Assembly (NCBI RefSeq): GCF_009914755.1
Contig: NC_060941.1
Reading direction: 5' to 3' (one strand)
From: the human T2T-CHM13v2.0 reference genome, Homo sapiens
DNA: 64,000 nucleotides
The notes beneath the pieces were generated by a model. The model made no database searches and had not been told where the DNA came from. It saw only the letters and a program-made list of their open reading frames with translations. Both the position numbers and the translations under genes were made by a program. Shown here piece by piece: positions 42,541-56,070 of the stretch; within the stretch, counting starts at the first letter, position 1, and each line of letters starts with the position of its first letter.

Positions 42541-43689
42541 TGTTTGTGTTTCATATCCATTTTTTGCCTTTTCTTACATACATGGACACACTTTTCTCTC
42601 TTTTGAGATAACTTCCAGAATTGAGTGGTTATGAGCAATTCCTGGATCCCTGTTTGCCTCAGAGCCGGTAACTGTTCTCACCTTTTGGGAACCATAAACG
42701 CTGCCATTGTTGACCTGAACACGAGGTGACTCTGGCAGGAGCCCTGGCCATCGTCCCTTTTTTGGTTATCATCTGACGTTTGTGCAGCTACACACATCAT
42801 ATCTCATTTGATCTCTTGGACTCCCGTTGGTTAGTAGAAACCTTATTTTATAGACAAACAGCTGAAGCTCAGAGGTGTTCAGAAACTTTTGCCCCATTTG
42901 CTGCAAGTGGTCCATGAGGGTCTGGAATCAAGACCTTCTGGTTCTGGTTTGATGCTGGGACTGCTCTTTCTGAATTGTTTCTATGCCTGTCTGTTCAATG
43001 TTATAATGATGAGGGGGCCAGTCCCTCACCAGCTGCATTCTAACTGGAGGCTAGAAAATAATGAATGGGAAGTAACTTAGGGGAAAACTATGATGAGGTT
43101 GTTGGCATTTGTTACTCTTGGAAAGAAGTGTAGCCTTGGAAACTAGAGGCTAAGAAATAAAGTGAGGCTTCTTAGATGTCGTTGTGTATTAAACAGGAAG
43201 CCCGTTTGCTCTGGCTGTAGAGTGTGCCCATGAGAGTTTATGGAAGAATGAACTTGACTCAATAAATAACCCACTCAGTGCATGATACCCTTTTCTTCAG
43301 CTGCAGGTAAATGTCTGTTATGGTGAGTGACATGGTGGCACGTTGGGCTCTATGAAACTGAGTCCACACACAGCCTGCTGTGCTGCCTGCCCTGAAACGG
43401 GACAGGCCCTTGGTAAATGACTTGCTACTGAATGGTAGTCCTCACGATGACATGTGTGGCCCATTTAATGAGAGAAGTAAAGACCGCAGAGGATGGAGGA
43501 AAGGGCAGGGGGAGAAGTTTAGCTAATATTAAATTCCTGACCACCCACACCTAATGAAAAAGAATGTTCTCTGCTTGCAGAGGCAGTGAATTAGGCTGGC
43601 AAGGTACCAAGGGAGGAGGAAAAGTGTGTGAATGGATACCCGCTTCATCTGAGCACAGACTTAACCCAGAAACGCAGGCGGTCAGGAAA

Positions 43690-43900
43690 TCTAATGATGG
43701 CTTTGGACCTGGGCAGACTTGAGTTGAGACCTGTGCCCTCCGCCTCACCAGCCTCAGAAGGCTGTTGAGTCTTTTTCTGAGTCTCAGTTTCTCATTCTGT
43801 AATTGGGGGATGATAAGGATAAAACCTGACAAGATAATTGTGACTCAAATGCCAGTTCCTAGTACTGGTGTTAGCACAAAGCTGAGTAAATACTCATGGA
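43690..43900 (+). mobile_element. MIR
   Basis: ctgagtctcagtttctcattctgtaattggggatgata. Confidence 0.75.
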
Positions 43901-44870
43901 TTCAAAGGCGCGAGATGTCATACCATCCAAGTTATCAGGAATGTGTTTGCTGAGGGCTCCCTGGGTGCTGACCTGGCTCTACAGGTTCTGAATAAAGAGT
44001 TGAACAGGGTCTAGTTCCTGTAGTCAAGGCACTTCAGATAGAGAGAAACTGGCTTGCCACCAACTCTCATGGAATCCCAGATGTGTGTGCTTTCATAGTT
44101 CAACGTTCTGGAATCCAGAGGTGTCTTACATGATGGCCTGTCATAGTTTAATGGGCCGCCTTTTATTTCTTGGAGGTACATCTATGATGGCTGGGGGTGT
44201 GGATTCTCAGAGACCTATCGTCAGATAGTTCCTTGGAGCAATTCTCAGAGCTAGGCTGCTTAAGGCATATGAGGGCTCAGGACTCAGAGCCCTCCTTCTT
44301 TATGACCTTCCAGGGAACATCCCTTTTCCTGGAGTGTAAAATACTGCATGTTATCAGGTTTGCAGTTTCCTTGAGTTAGGGTGGGGGTGTCACAAGGCTT
44401 ATCTTTGAGGCTGAGGTTCAGTGGATTTGGAGAAGTGTGTTGGCAATGAATTTCGGGGAGAATCTTCCCCTCGTTGTCTGCCTGTGTAAGAGTTAATTTT
44501 AGCAGTTGTGATTGTGAATTATTTGTCAAAAGATACTCCCACTTCTGAAGCCCTTGTTTGCACCTGGTGGAGACAATAAAGCTTCTAAGAGCAAAATATA
44601 ATTTTCTTCCCTGCTTGTTTCTTTTCTTAGCATTTTAGAAAATCCCACTCAGTTTCTAGAGTTAACACCTTTCCCCACTAATCAGAACACAACACACAAC
44701 ACACACACACTCTCACACATACAGACTCCCTCACTGACCTTATGGGCCCTTTGCTCTGCTAAACACATAGGTACTGGATGGAGTTTGTAGCAACATGTCC
44801 CTGCCCCGAATTTGTCATCCAGATGTCGCCTTTGGATGTCATGTCCTTGACATTGACCCAGGGTGGGACT

Positions 44871-44907
44871 TCTGCAGTCAAATGCTCTACCCCTGAGCTA
44901 TCCCCCC
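44871..44907 (-). pseudogene. Tailless retropseudogene of the 5' half of tRNA-Cys(GCA)
   Basis: Minus strand GGGGGGATAGCTCAGGGGTAGAGCATTTGACTGCAGA matches the first 37 nt of tRNA-Cys-GCA with one mismatch; 13-bp direct repeat ggtgggacttctg at 44862-44874 and 44911-44923. Confidence 0.93.
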
Positions 44908-45429
44908 TACGGTGGGACTTCTGAATAAAGCCTGTGTCACTGTCTCTCTGGTTCCCTTCAGCGGGAGCTCTCTGTGGTTTAATGGAGTCTCCACTTGACC
45001 AGGAGTGTTTCCAGATGAGAAACCCAGGGAGGGCTGCAAGCAAATGAGAGTGAAAACTGAGCTCTGTCCCACTCCAAATGGCATCCGGGATTCACATACC
45101 AAGGCTGGCTGGGAACAGCTGATCCAGGCTGATCCTGACACTGGAGAGTCCAAGCATTGGAGGCCAGAGGCCATTCAGAAGAATTACCTCGGAGTAGAAG
45201 GCTTCCTAATGAGCAATAAGGAGGAACTCCCCCATTCTTAGGGCACAGGCCTAATTGAAACCATCCTGGGAAGAGAACATCTAATTAAGTCTGACTCCTC
45301 AGAGGACTCAAATAGTTATATATGAAGAAATGCTAATCTCGTGGCCTTACTTGTGGCTAGGGAACCTGAGGTGATGCTCAGGACAGCAATACCAGCCCTT
45401 ACGGCCTTGCTGTGTGTCCTGGGCTGTGA

Positions 45430-45873
<444 letters not shown>

Positions 45874-45994
45874 TGACTCTTTGAATTAGAAGTTAAGGTG
45901 AGTTTTAGAACTCTGGTCTTTTCTGTGATTTGAAATGTTGCCTCTGGGGAAGGTGCTGTTTTCTAGTTTTATGAAATGATAGACTCTCTTCCCA

Positions 45995-46036
45995 ACACAC
46001 ACACACACACACACACTCACACATTCACACTCACAC
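45995..46036. repeat. (CA)n microsatellite, imperfect 3' part
   Basis: Direct reading. Confidence 0.9.
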
Positions 46037-48758
46037 TCCCACCTCTTGAGAAGACCACAGGAGCTGTGGAGACAGTTGTCCTTGGTGTGGCCAGCCTGGT
46101 TGTGGGACATGGGCCTTAAGGTGCAGCACCCCCATTCACCTTCTCCAGGATGGAAACAATTTTCTTCTTCCTCATCGGCCTTGCTCAAGAAATATGCCAG
46201 GCATTTTCAATGTCTTCTGTCCAGACCCAGAAGGATACTCAGACTACTTCTGTTTAAATGGGGCTTGTTTTTCATAAGCAGTTGCATTGTTGATGTGGCT
46301 AAATTTAGACAGAACCCCATCTAGATTGTGGTCAAGGGCTATGAATGCTGCCTCCACTGAGCACCAGGTGGGCTTGTACATTTTGGTGACTCATTGCTGC
46401 TTGTGATGAGAGGGGCCTGCACACTTAAACCCCTCCAAGGCAGCACTGCCCTGTTCAGTCTTACCTATGACTCAACGTCAGGAAGCTGAGGACCCCGGTA
46501 GCCTCTAGAACTGAGGTGTACCCCTGGGCTGCAGTGGAAGAGGATCTTGGGGCCCTAGTGATCCCCTAGATCTAAAAAGCAAAGAGACAGCTTAGAGGAA
46601 TAGAGGATTTGGTCAGGGTATGTGTGTGTTGGAGGGGTCAGGGCAGTTATTTTCTTGCACTGAATTCTGAGCATAAAAACTTCTAGCTTGCTTTGCTTTT
46701 TGTCACCCAGCGATTTCTAAAGACAGTACACTTGTGTGTTCAAATCCCTTTTCACACCTGGAGAAATTCACTCTTGACTCCCTTCCAGTGTAAGAAGTAG
46801 TTTAGCATAGTTCCGGAAACGCTTCGATATCAAGCCATCAAAAGACAGACTGCGAAGTCACTCCGAGTGTAAGAGCTCTCTGTATGTAGAGGACCAGCTT
46901 TCTGAGAATGTTTTGGCAGGGACTTGAAAATGTCAGTCATGTGTAGACAGGGAAGTGTCATACCATTAAGATGTATACGGGATGGTGACAGAGTGAGAGA
47001 GGCCTTGGGGTGTTGAAAGAAGGGAGTGATTTTTGTAGTCCCAATTCATTGTCCTCTGAGTAGCTCTTCCCTCAGCCTCTTGCATGCGACTTTGGCTGGT
47101 CGGGGATGCCAGGCGAGTTCTGAGCCGGAGACTCATGGGGAGTCCTCTTGTGCAGCTGACACCTTCTGGAGACACCTTCCTCACTCCCAAAGGCACGGGG
47201 CCTTAGTGCTTTCTGAGTAGCCACCTTGGACCATCGGTTCAGTAATTTGAATAGTAAAATGTGGGATGGCGTTTTCTTGCTAAAGTGCAGCTTAACTGGG
47301 GGAGTGAGTTGTTAAAAGAGCAGGGTGGTAGCATAGATGACAGGCGTTCATAAAGCACTGAATTTAGAGATCTGGACCTGGACTGTGCTGCTGAATGTGG
47401 AAACCTAGACTCAGTGTGACCATCTCTAAGCTCCTTTGAGCTTCTAGGAGTCTGTCATCAAAGGTGGTTTCCAACAGCCTCCAGGGCCCCCTGGCCCTTT
47501 GTGCTCCATCCCCACCTCCGCTCATTCCAGTTTCACCTGGGGCTATGTGGCTACCTCCTCACGTCTAGGCTCTCCTCCTTCTGAGATGCTCTTTCTCTTT
47601 CTTGTTTACTGGAGGGCTTGGCTAAGACCAAACTCGGGTACCCTGGGCAGAACTAGGGACTCCTGTGCCTCCTTTCCAGAGCATCGTGTGTGGACCCTTT
47701 TTGTCGTGTAGTTATTTGGTTATTTTTCTGCTTCTGTCGGGCAGTGGGTATCGACAGGTAAGACTGCCTTATTTGCCTTGGTATCTAGGAGCACTCAAAA
47801 GTGAATAGATTGAATGGAATTAAATCCTTGAAATTACAGTAGAAAGCTTAGGTTCTTTAGAATAGAATCGTGGTGAAAGATGGCCTTTGTGTTCTGTGTA
47901 TTCTGTGCCCTTTTTCCGCTAACAAGTTGATATCGTGCTGTTATTTTGTTTTGTTGATAACATAGTGTGGACTTTGTACTTCTAAACCTTAGGAAAACGT
48001 GGATCATTAGTCATTTTTGTCACATTGCAGTCTGCCCTAATAAACATAGTATTGGAAAAACGAGATCTGTTAAAGGGAATGATGAATTTTGCTGCCTTGG
48101 AGCTTGTTGATACCTGAAAATTGGTTTCGGAAATCGAGACGCCTGATGGAAGTTTGTGTGTCGTTTTGGCTGCGTTAGGCTCTTCTTGAGCCCTATTAGG
48201 CTCGATGCCATTAAACTGCTATGCGTAATGAGGGTGACACGTTGCAGTGAACTCCCATCCTCCAAAGGCTTTTAAACTTTAGAAACCTGTGTATATGCTG
48301 TGCCTACCCTTTATAGTATATATTAAAATAAAGTCACACAAAAATCCAAGTTTAGTGATTAAAATAACATTAGAAGTGCATAATTCACGTTATAAGGAAA
48401 GTCTCTCCTTTCAGAAGAATTCACTGTGGCTTTCCCTGACTCTTGACATATGATTTGATTTACACCAAACCAAAAAAAATTCAGCAACATCACACATCCC
48501 TTTAAGCAATCAATGAAAATGCTCATTCAGTTTTACCCCTCAAAATGTGCTTTAGATAAGTGAGTCTAATGGTATCAAATAATGCCTCTGTGGACAGGCA
48601 TAAGTGAGATTCTGGCAAAAAAAAAAAAATCTAAAAGTTTTTTAAACTTATTGAATCTGTCAGTCTTGCTCAACTTTTTTTTGTAGTATTCATAGTATTT
48701 TGAAGAGAGTAGGTCCAGCTTTGAAAAACTCTAAACTTAAAAAAAAAAAAAAAAAGGT

Positions 48759-49078
48759 GGCCAGGTGAGGTGGCTCATGCCTGTAATCCTAGCACTTTGG
48801 AATGCTGAGGTGGGAGGATTGCTTGAGCCCACAATTTCCAGATCAGCCTGGGCAACATAGTGAGTCCCTGTCTGTACAAAAAATGAATTAAAAAAATAGC
48901 TGGGTGTGGTGGCATGTGCCTGTAGGCCTAGCTACTTGGGAGGCTGAGCTGGGAGGATTGCTTGAGCCCAGGAGATGGAAGTGGTAGTGAGCAGCGATAG
49001 CACCACTGCACTCCAGCCTGGGCAACAGCAAGACCCTATTTCAAAAAAACAAAACAAAACAAAACAAAAGCAAAAAAA
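48759..49078 (+). mobile_element. AluJ with (CAAAA)n tail
   Basis: ggaggattgcttgagccc diagnostics. Confidence 0.95.
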
Positions 49079-51102
49079 GCATGAGCTTTAAAGTGAATGG
49101 ATAGGTAGAGAGATTGAGGAATTTTTTGGTAACTCCTTAGCTATATTGCCTTTAAAAAAAAAAGTGTGTATATTACTTTCAGCAAAATTATTTCAGCAAA
49201 TAAGTATAACACTGCTCTTGTTTATATTCTTTCAATTGAACCTCGCTGCCCAACCAGTAGTACATCCTCAGCCTTTTTTCCTCTCCCCAGATAGCTCATC
49301 TTCACGATCCCTAGCACAGCACTAAATGCAAACAAAATGTCCTTACATGTGAGTCAAGTACAGTTTAGTCTGGAGAAAAGGCCCCTGTGTCTGAAGCTGT
49401 TCCTTCTATGAGCCAAACATCAAGTGTTCAAGTCAGAGGGACTACACAGACCAGGACAGGGGGCTGGCTTCCAGGGCTGAGGTTGTTGCTGTAATTGTTT
49501 TTGGGTGTGCACCTGCAGCGCCTGTGTAAAGGTGGAGACAGTGGTGGGAGGAGTGAAATCTCCCACCGTGGTTGGATGCTGGACGAATGGCCTCAGGTGT
49601 AGGCAGCTTTTTTGTTGTTGTTTTTTTGTTTGTTTTGTTTTGTTCTGCCATGCGCTTCAGTTTGGAAGCAGCCTATATTGTACACGTTGATTACTTTGAA
49701 GAAGTGATTTCTTATTTTGCTTCATGTTCATTTTCAAGGAGGTATACCTTGGGGAGTGGGAGTGTTTTTTGTTTTTGTTTTTTTTTTAAGCATTGTTTAT
49801 AGCCACAATAGAATGTCATTGGAAAGAGTGGAGGCTTTGGAATTACATTTTTATCCCATACTAACTGGGTGACCTTTGACAAGATCGTTAACTCATACTG
49901 AGTGGAGTTCCTGTTTCATGCTGGGAATCATGCTGGGACCTCAAAGACCTCCTGTTCTGGAGAGAGAGATGCTCATCGGGGGCCAGCAGAGCCAAGTTCA
50001 CAGGACAGAGCAGGGATGCCCCAGCCAGTCTGCAAGAATTGGAACAGCTTGGTGGAAGAGAGACACAGTCCCTCTTAGTCACAGTCTCCTTGTCTGGAAG
50101 TAGGGGCAATGGTACCGCAGAGGGGTGGTACTGAGTGCTAAGTAAAACGAGTTAGAAATGCCTTTCACAGAGTCTGATGAATGAACGTGGGTCCCCATCT
50201 TTGGTACCTGAAGACGGCCATGTCCCACAGGTGTGTGGTCAGAGGGTGCACAGTTCACAGAAGGCCTCCACAGTGAGGTGGGATGCAGGTGGAAAGAGAA
50301 GTCCCAGGAAAAGGGAGGCAGGGGAGGAAACAGAAAGCTGCGGTTGGAAGAAGACCTCAGCACAGGTGCACTTTTTCTCTTGTGGATTAGTTATTACCGG
50401 ATGACTTTCATCCACACACTTAACACTCTCTTTGCAGGGACAGTTTTGGGGAAGGGTAGGCGTCTGCTTTCACAGAAGGTAATTACCGCAAAAGCTGGTA
50501 CCAGCTCATGCTGTTCTGATGTTTTGGTTACGCAATCATGGGCCCCTGTACTTTAGTACATTTGTCTTCATAAGCTGTGCTGAATTATTTTTTAAAACCG
50601 CTAACTGATGCGATTAGTAAAACATTTTGGTTTTTAACTTTTGATGAAAATAGCACTGTTTGGAACTGTGATGCAGGGGTTTACTGCTGAGTGAAGTTCT
50701 AGAATTTTGCTGAAAGTAACATGACCTGCTCTGTGGGTCTCACTCTGTCTCTCTGTTAAGATTGTTGAGTGAATGGAAGAAAAGGAAGACTTGGTGTGTT
50801 TCCAGTGATCTATAAAGAAATGATGAAGTGAATATGTTCTGTGGATCTCTGTTCTCTCTTTGACTCTATTAACCAAGTAATATCTTAATTTAAAATGATG
50901 AAATTTAGGAAATTAGACATTGCTATTCATCTTAGAAGGGAACAAAGTATCCATGCTGGTCTAGTGAAGCCACATATTAAATCCTCTTAAAACTTAAACT
51001 GTGCCTTTTTTCCAGATTTGATCTACGTGTGGATATTCTAATGATTGAATATAATAGGATTCCATTCTTTAATTTCAAAACTTTTAGAATACGGAGTTAG
51101 AA

Positions 51103-51103
51103 T

Positions 51104-51146
<43 letters not shown>

Positions 51147-51148
51147 TT
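51103..51148. repeat. (TTTA)~11 microsatellite
   Basis: Direct reading. Confidence 0.95.
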
Positions 51149-51424
51149 ACCTAAAACAAGTTCAGTGGAAGATGCTTTTTGATTATTATCACATTTTGGG
51201 CTTTTGTTTTTGGTAACATGCAGGCCATATATGAATGAAATTTTGCTCTTTCACAGAATGATATGAGCATCTGTTTCTTCTAATTAGAATACATCTACAG
51301 GAGAAGAGGGATTTTAATTTTCATGTTGTAGCGAATGTCTAAGGGTTGACCGGGTATTTTGGAGGAGTAGTTGTACTTTGATCATATTTGTATTTGCTTT
51401 TCTGGTCAGGAGCCTGGATAAGGA

Positions 51425-51439
51425 AGCGCCCCCTAACGG
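51425..51439 (-). promoter_or_regulatory. Candidate CTCF site
   Basis: Minus strand CCGTTAGGGGGCGCT vs consensus CCASYAGRKGGCRS, in a GC/CpG-enriched patch. Confidence 0.5.
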
Positions 51440-52470
51440 GTGGGTGGAGCAGAGGGAGTGGGGCGAGAGATGGAGAGGAGGGGCCGGGGCAAGGAAGGAT
51501 CCCTAGGTCTGCCTTCCTGTCCACAGCACTGCCCGCCAGCCACAGCTCCTGAGTCAAAGGCTCTGAAGCAAAGTTGTATGATGAACCTTGGATTTCCTGT
51601 ACAATTTGGCTAACTCTAGGGTGATCTCTAATAAAGACAAAGGCCAGGGGACAGAAATATCTTTCTTTTGCTCCTGGCAAATCCCATTTTGATTCTATCT
51701 CAATCTAACTGTCCAGAAAATTGGATTGAAAGCAGGACACCGCCGGGAGGTAAATCAGATTAGGGCTTCCTCTACCACAGCCTCCAGCAGACATTTCATT
51801 TTGCAGTGTGCGTCCCTCATTTATATGAAGCCGTGTATGGCCCCTCCATGCAGCAGGGTGTGTCCGAGCTGACCCAGCGAACCAAGGCATCAGGTGACCC
51901 TCCAATTTGATTCATTGAAAATACTGCCGGTGGCTTCATTTTCTCCAGAGAACTGTCTGCACCTCTGTTCCTTTCTTTTTATTTGGGTGCCTATGATGAC
52001 CTCATTGAAGTCTTCATCTTTTTCTTAGCCAATGTAGCGTTTGCTAAGGAGCCAGACCTCAGATAGGAATGGAGAGCCCCAGAATCCAGGTGCAGCACAG
52101 GTGCTTCCAGAACCTTCTATGTGGTCCCTTCGGGAAAGGATCATCTGTTTTTGTGAGGCTTAACAGGAAGACAGAACTAGGGAAGAAGCAGGGTGAGGAG
52201 GGAGAAGTGCAGCTGTGTATAGCGAGAATAAGGATCTGCCGAAATTTATCTTGGGGTTTTTATTTCCTCTTGAAATGTTGTGCGTTCTGAGAACCTCGAG
52301 GAGTGTTTTTGTTGCCTGATAGGAACTGGCCCGGCTTGTTCCTATTGCACTGAAGCCTTCAGGAATGCGGCCTCTGCACCTGTGATGAAAACAACATCCA
52401 AGAAACCCACCAGTGGGTTCCAGAACTTCCTTTCTACAGTGACTGTTTGGGTCACAAAACATAACTAGAC

Positions 52471-52669
<199 letters not shown>

Positions 52670-53070
52670 TTATGAGGTTTATAAGGGCTGGTGTCTTAAC
52701 CGCAAGTGCCTGTTTGAACCCCCATTGAGCTTGTAGCATCGAGATGTGCTGTGTGTCACATTCAGCCACATTTGTACAGTTGGTGGCATTTAGGAGTCCT
52801 GCCTGGAAGGCCAAGAATATTTTTCCCCACAGTGGCTTAGGAAATGGAACTGGAGCCCTCATTCCCCTCACTTCCCACTGGCCAGGTGGTCACGGATGTG
52901 GAAATATCCCAAGCTTGAAACCACTGAAGATGGAGCTCCTGACTTGGAACAGAGGCTCTGGGGTAAGGCAGGCATTGGGGACTTGAGGGAATCCCAGGAA
53001 AAGACTGGGAACTAGAACCCATGTGCCCTCGTACAGATCCACAGTCCCCTTGCCTTGGGTCCCGTGATCC

Positions 53071-53379
53071 TTTTTTTCTTTTTTTTTTTCTTTTTTTGAG
53101 ATAGAGTCTTGCTTTGTCACCCAGACTGGAGCGCAGTGGCTTGATCTCAGCTCACTGCAACCTCCACCTCCTGGGTTCAAGCGATTCTCCTGCCTCAGCC
53201 TCCTAAGTAGCTGAGATTACAGGCGCCCGCCACCATGCCCAGCTAATTTTTTGTGTTTTCAGTAGAAACGTGTTTCGCCATGTTGACCAGGCTGGTCTCG
53301 AACTCCTGACCTCAGGTGATCCGCCCACCTCAGCCTCCCAAAGTGCTGGGATTATAGACGTGAGCCACTGCGCCCAGCC
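53071..53379 (-). mobile_element. AluS
   Basis: Alu consensus reverse complement. Confidence 0.96.
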
Positions 53380-54237
53380 CCCCTGATCTTTAGAACTGCC
53401 CTGCTTGCCTCCCTTTGCGCCGCCCTCGTCTGCTGTAGGTCGAATTGGTTTAAGAGCTGGGCATCCACTGGGGAGAAAAATCAGAGTAGGGCTTCCTGGG
53501 ACTCTTCTGGGTTGTTCTGACTAACATTGGGTTTTACTCAAATTTTCTCTCCCTGATGTAAACACGCAGATATTTTTTAAGGTTTTAAGTGTGACCATTT
53601 AGCTTACATGCAAGTCAGAATACTTTGGGTTTTTTCAGATCCAATAGCAGGAGCATCCAGGCTTTTAAAGCTGTGGGATATGATTTCTGTGTATTTGGGC
53701 TAAATTAATTTGTTTATTGATAACCTCAGTTGTTATCATGCTAAACTGTCAGAATTGGATGTGAAGCCAGTGCTTATGTAGACTTTATTTATGTCTGGCT
53801 TCTTTCTGAAAACAATTCCTCCTCATGCCCTAGTTTCATGTTGTGATTTTAGCAGAATTAATCTGAAATGACTCAAAATTATACAATTAATTGCATTCAG
53901 CTTCAATTACAGTCTGCTGGATGAACCAAGCCCACTGCCCTCTCTGGGCAGTCACTTGCATGTGGCAGCTTTGTAGGTGCTAAGGCCCTGTGGACTCCCT
54001 GGTCAGTGTGCTGGCTTCCTGGGGAAAGCATTTTGGGGTTGACAGTCCCAGGGGCCTAATGCCTCAGTTGCAGACAAATGCAGGCTGGACCTGGGGCTGC
54101 AAAAATGCCAGGTAACAGCGAAGACCATGGAGGTGAGTGTCATGGAATTTGGGATAAATGATAAAACATTCTTTTCTTTTTTAGTAGAAAACCCAGATTT
54201 GGGTGTTTAGGGTTGGAGAAGGCAGGATCTGGGTAGG

Positions 54238-54584
54238 TGTATTAGTCTGTTTTCATGCTACTGATAAAGACATACCCGAAACTGGGCAATTTACAAAAGA
54301 AAGAGGTTTAATGGACTCACAGTTCCATGTGTCTGGGGAGGCCTCACAATCATGGCGGAAGGTGAAAGGCACATCCACATGGCAGCAGACAAGAGTAAGA
54401 GCCAAGCGAAACAAGTTTCCCTTTCTAAAACCATCAGATCTCATGAGACTTCTTCACTACTACGAGAACAGTCCACCATGATTCAATTAATAACTCCCAC
54501 TGGCTCCCTCCCCCAATGTGTAGGAATTTACGGGAGGTACAATTCGAGATGAGATTTGGGTGGAGACACAGCTAAACCGTATCA
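54238..54584 (-). mobile_element. THE1 (B/C-like) MaLR solo LTR
   Basis: tgtattagtctgttttcatgctactgataaagacatacc...aaaccgtatca; perfect TSD gtagg. Confidence 0.95.
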
Positions 54585-55623
54585 GTAGGTTTAAGGTTTG
54601 GAAGGTGGCCAGCCCCAGGGCAGAGAAGCTTCTACTGGAGATTCCTTCCTTTCTCCTTTTTACTCTGTGCAATTGTGGGCCCTGGGGTGAGCCAGGTGAG
54701 GGCAGGTGCCTGACCACAGGATGGAAGGGCCGGCAGATGGCGGACCCAGGCAGCAGTGGAGGGAAGGTGGGGGTTGAGGGGATGCAGAGGGCTGAGAGAA
54801 ACTGGGGATGGAGGGAACTGTGGTCGACGCAGCTATAGGTCTGGACTTATTTTTCCCAGATGAGGAATATCTTTAAGTCCACATAAGTGAGTCAGGGACT
54901 GCTTGTATTCAACTTGTGCTCCTTTGAAATGTTCTTATTCTCCCCACGAACTGACTTTCATTCACACCGTCTATTTGGCAATACATGACCGAATTTGGAG
55001 CCTAGTTCTTTTTGGCAAGAAAAGTTCATTAATTTTAGTCGGCTCCCCACACACTTCACAAATGTGCTTGAAAAAATAAAGGGCCTCTTATCGCCACACA
55101 GCTGCCACGAAATTGCCAGGAGTGCTGAGTGCTCACATATAGAAGACGGCCATTTATGTTGATGCTGTGAGAAGAAAAGGTCCCCCGAAGCACTTTGAAC
55201 TGGAGCTGCCAGGAAAATGATGGTAAATGCAGAAGCATCAGCGAAGCCATAGGCTTTATGATCATTTATCATTCCAAATTTCTAAGGATTATCTTCATCT
55301 CTTTTATTCTGTAAACACTGATTAACTTTTAAAGGTGATGGAAGTCTGGCTGAGTCAAACTTACTCATCCATCAACTTAGTGGACTTGGAGAAAAGGCCC
55401 TGCTGTGACATTTTGATTAACTGGGATCTTACCTGTGTGGGGTTTTCTTTCCACTTAATATCTAAGAACACAAGGGTGGGAAGAAACTTCAGTGCCTGCC
55501 TGCCTTCTGCTCTTTTCCTCATCTGTAAATGAACATCTGAGAAGGGAGTGAGACGTTCATATCAGCCTGTGCAGTAGGCCTAGCTACACTCATTTATTTG
55601 CTCTCTCTTTTCTGATTTCTCTC

Positions 55624-56070
55624 TGTACTGGGCTGAACAATGTTCCCTCAAAATTCATGCTCGTCCAGAACCTCACAATGTCACCTTATTTGCAAATAGG
55701 GTCTCTGCAGATGTAAATAGTTAAGGTGGTGGTAGATTAGGGTAGACACTAAATCCATTGACTGTTGTTCTCGTAAGAAGGCCAGGTGAAGACACAGAGA
55801 CACACAGGAGGAAGGCCACGAGATACTGGAGGCAGAGATTGGAACGATGCATCTACAAACCGAGGAATGCCAAGATTTGCCAGGAGCCACCAGGAACTAG
55901 GAGTGAAAGATGAGGAACAGATTCTTTCTCAGAGCTTCCAGAAGGAACCAGCCCCATCAATGCCTTGATTCCAGACTTTTGTCCTCCAGTAGCAATTCTG
56001 AGAATAGATTCCTGTTCTGAGTTACCCAGCTTGTGGTACTTTGCTGGGGCAACCCTAGGAAATGAATAAA
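55624..56070 (+). mobile_element. MLT1C-like MaLR solo LTR
   Basis: ccagaacctcacaatgtcaccttatttgcaaatagggtc...gaggcagagattgga...gcaaccctaggaaa. Confidence 0.9.

Noticed and set aside
44871-44907. Functional tRNA-Cys gene
   Set aside because: The T arm/B box and 3' acceptor strand are absent
48120-48260. CpG-containing patch as a promoter
   Set aside because: Too short and AT-balanced for a CpG island, with no clear motif; an enhancer cannot be excluded
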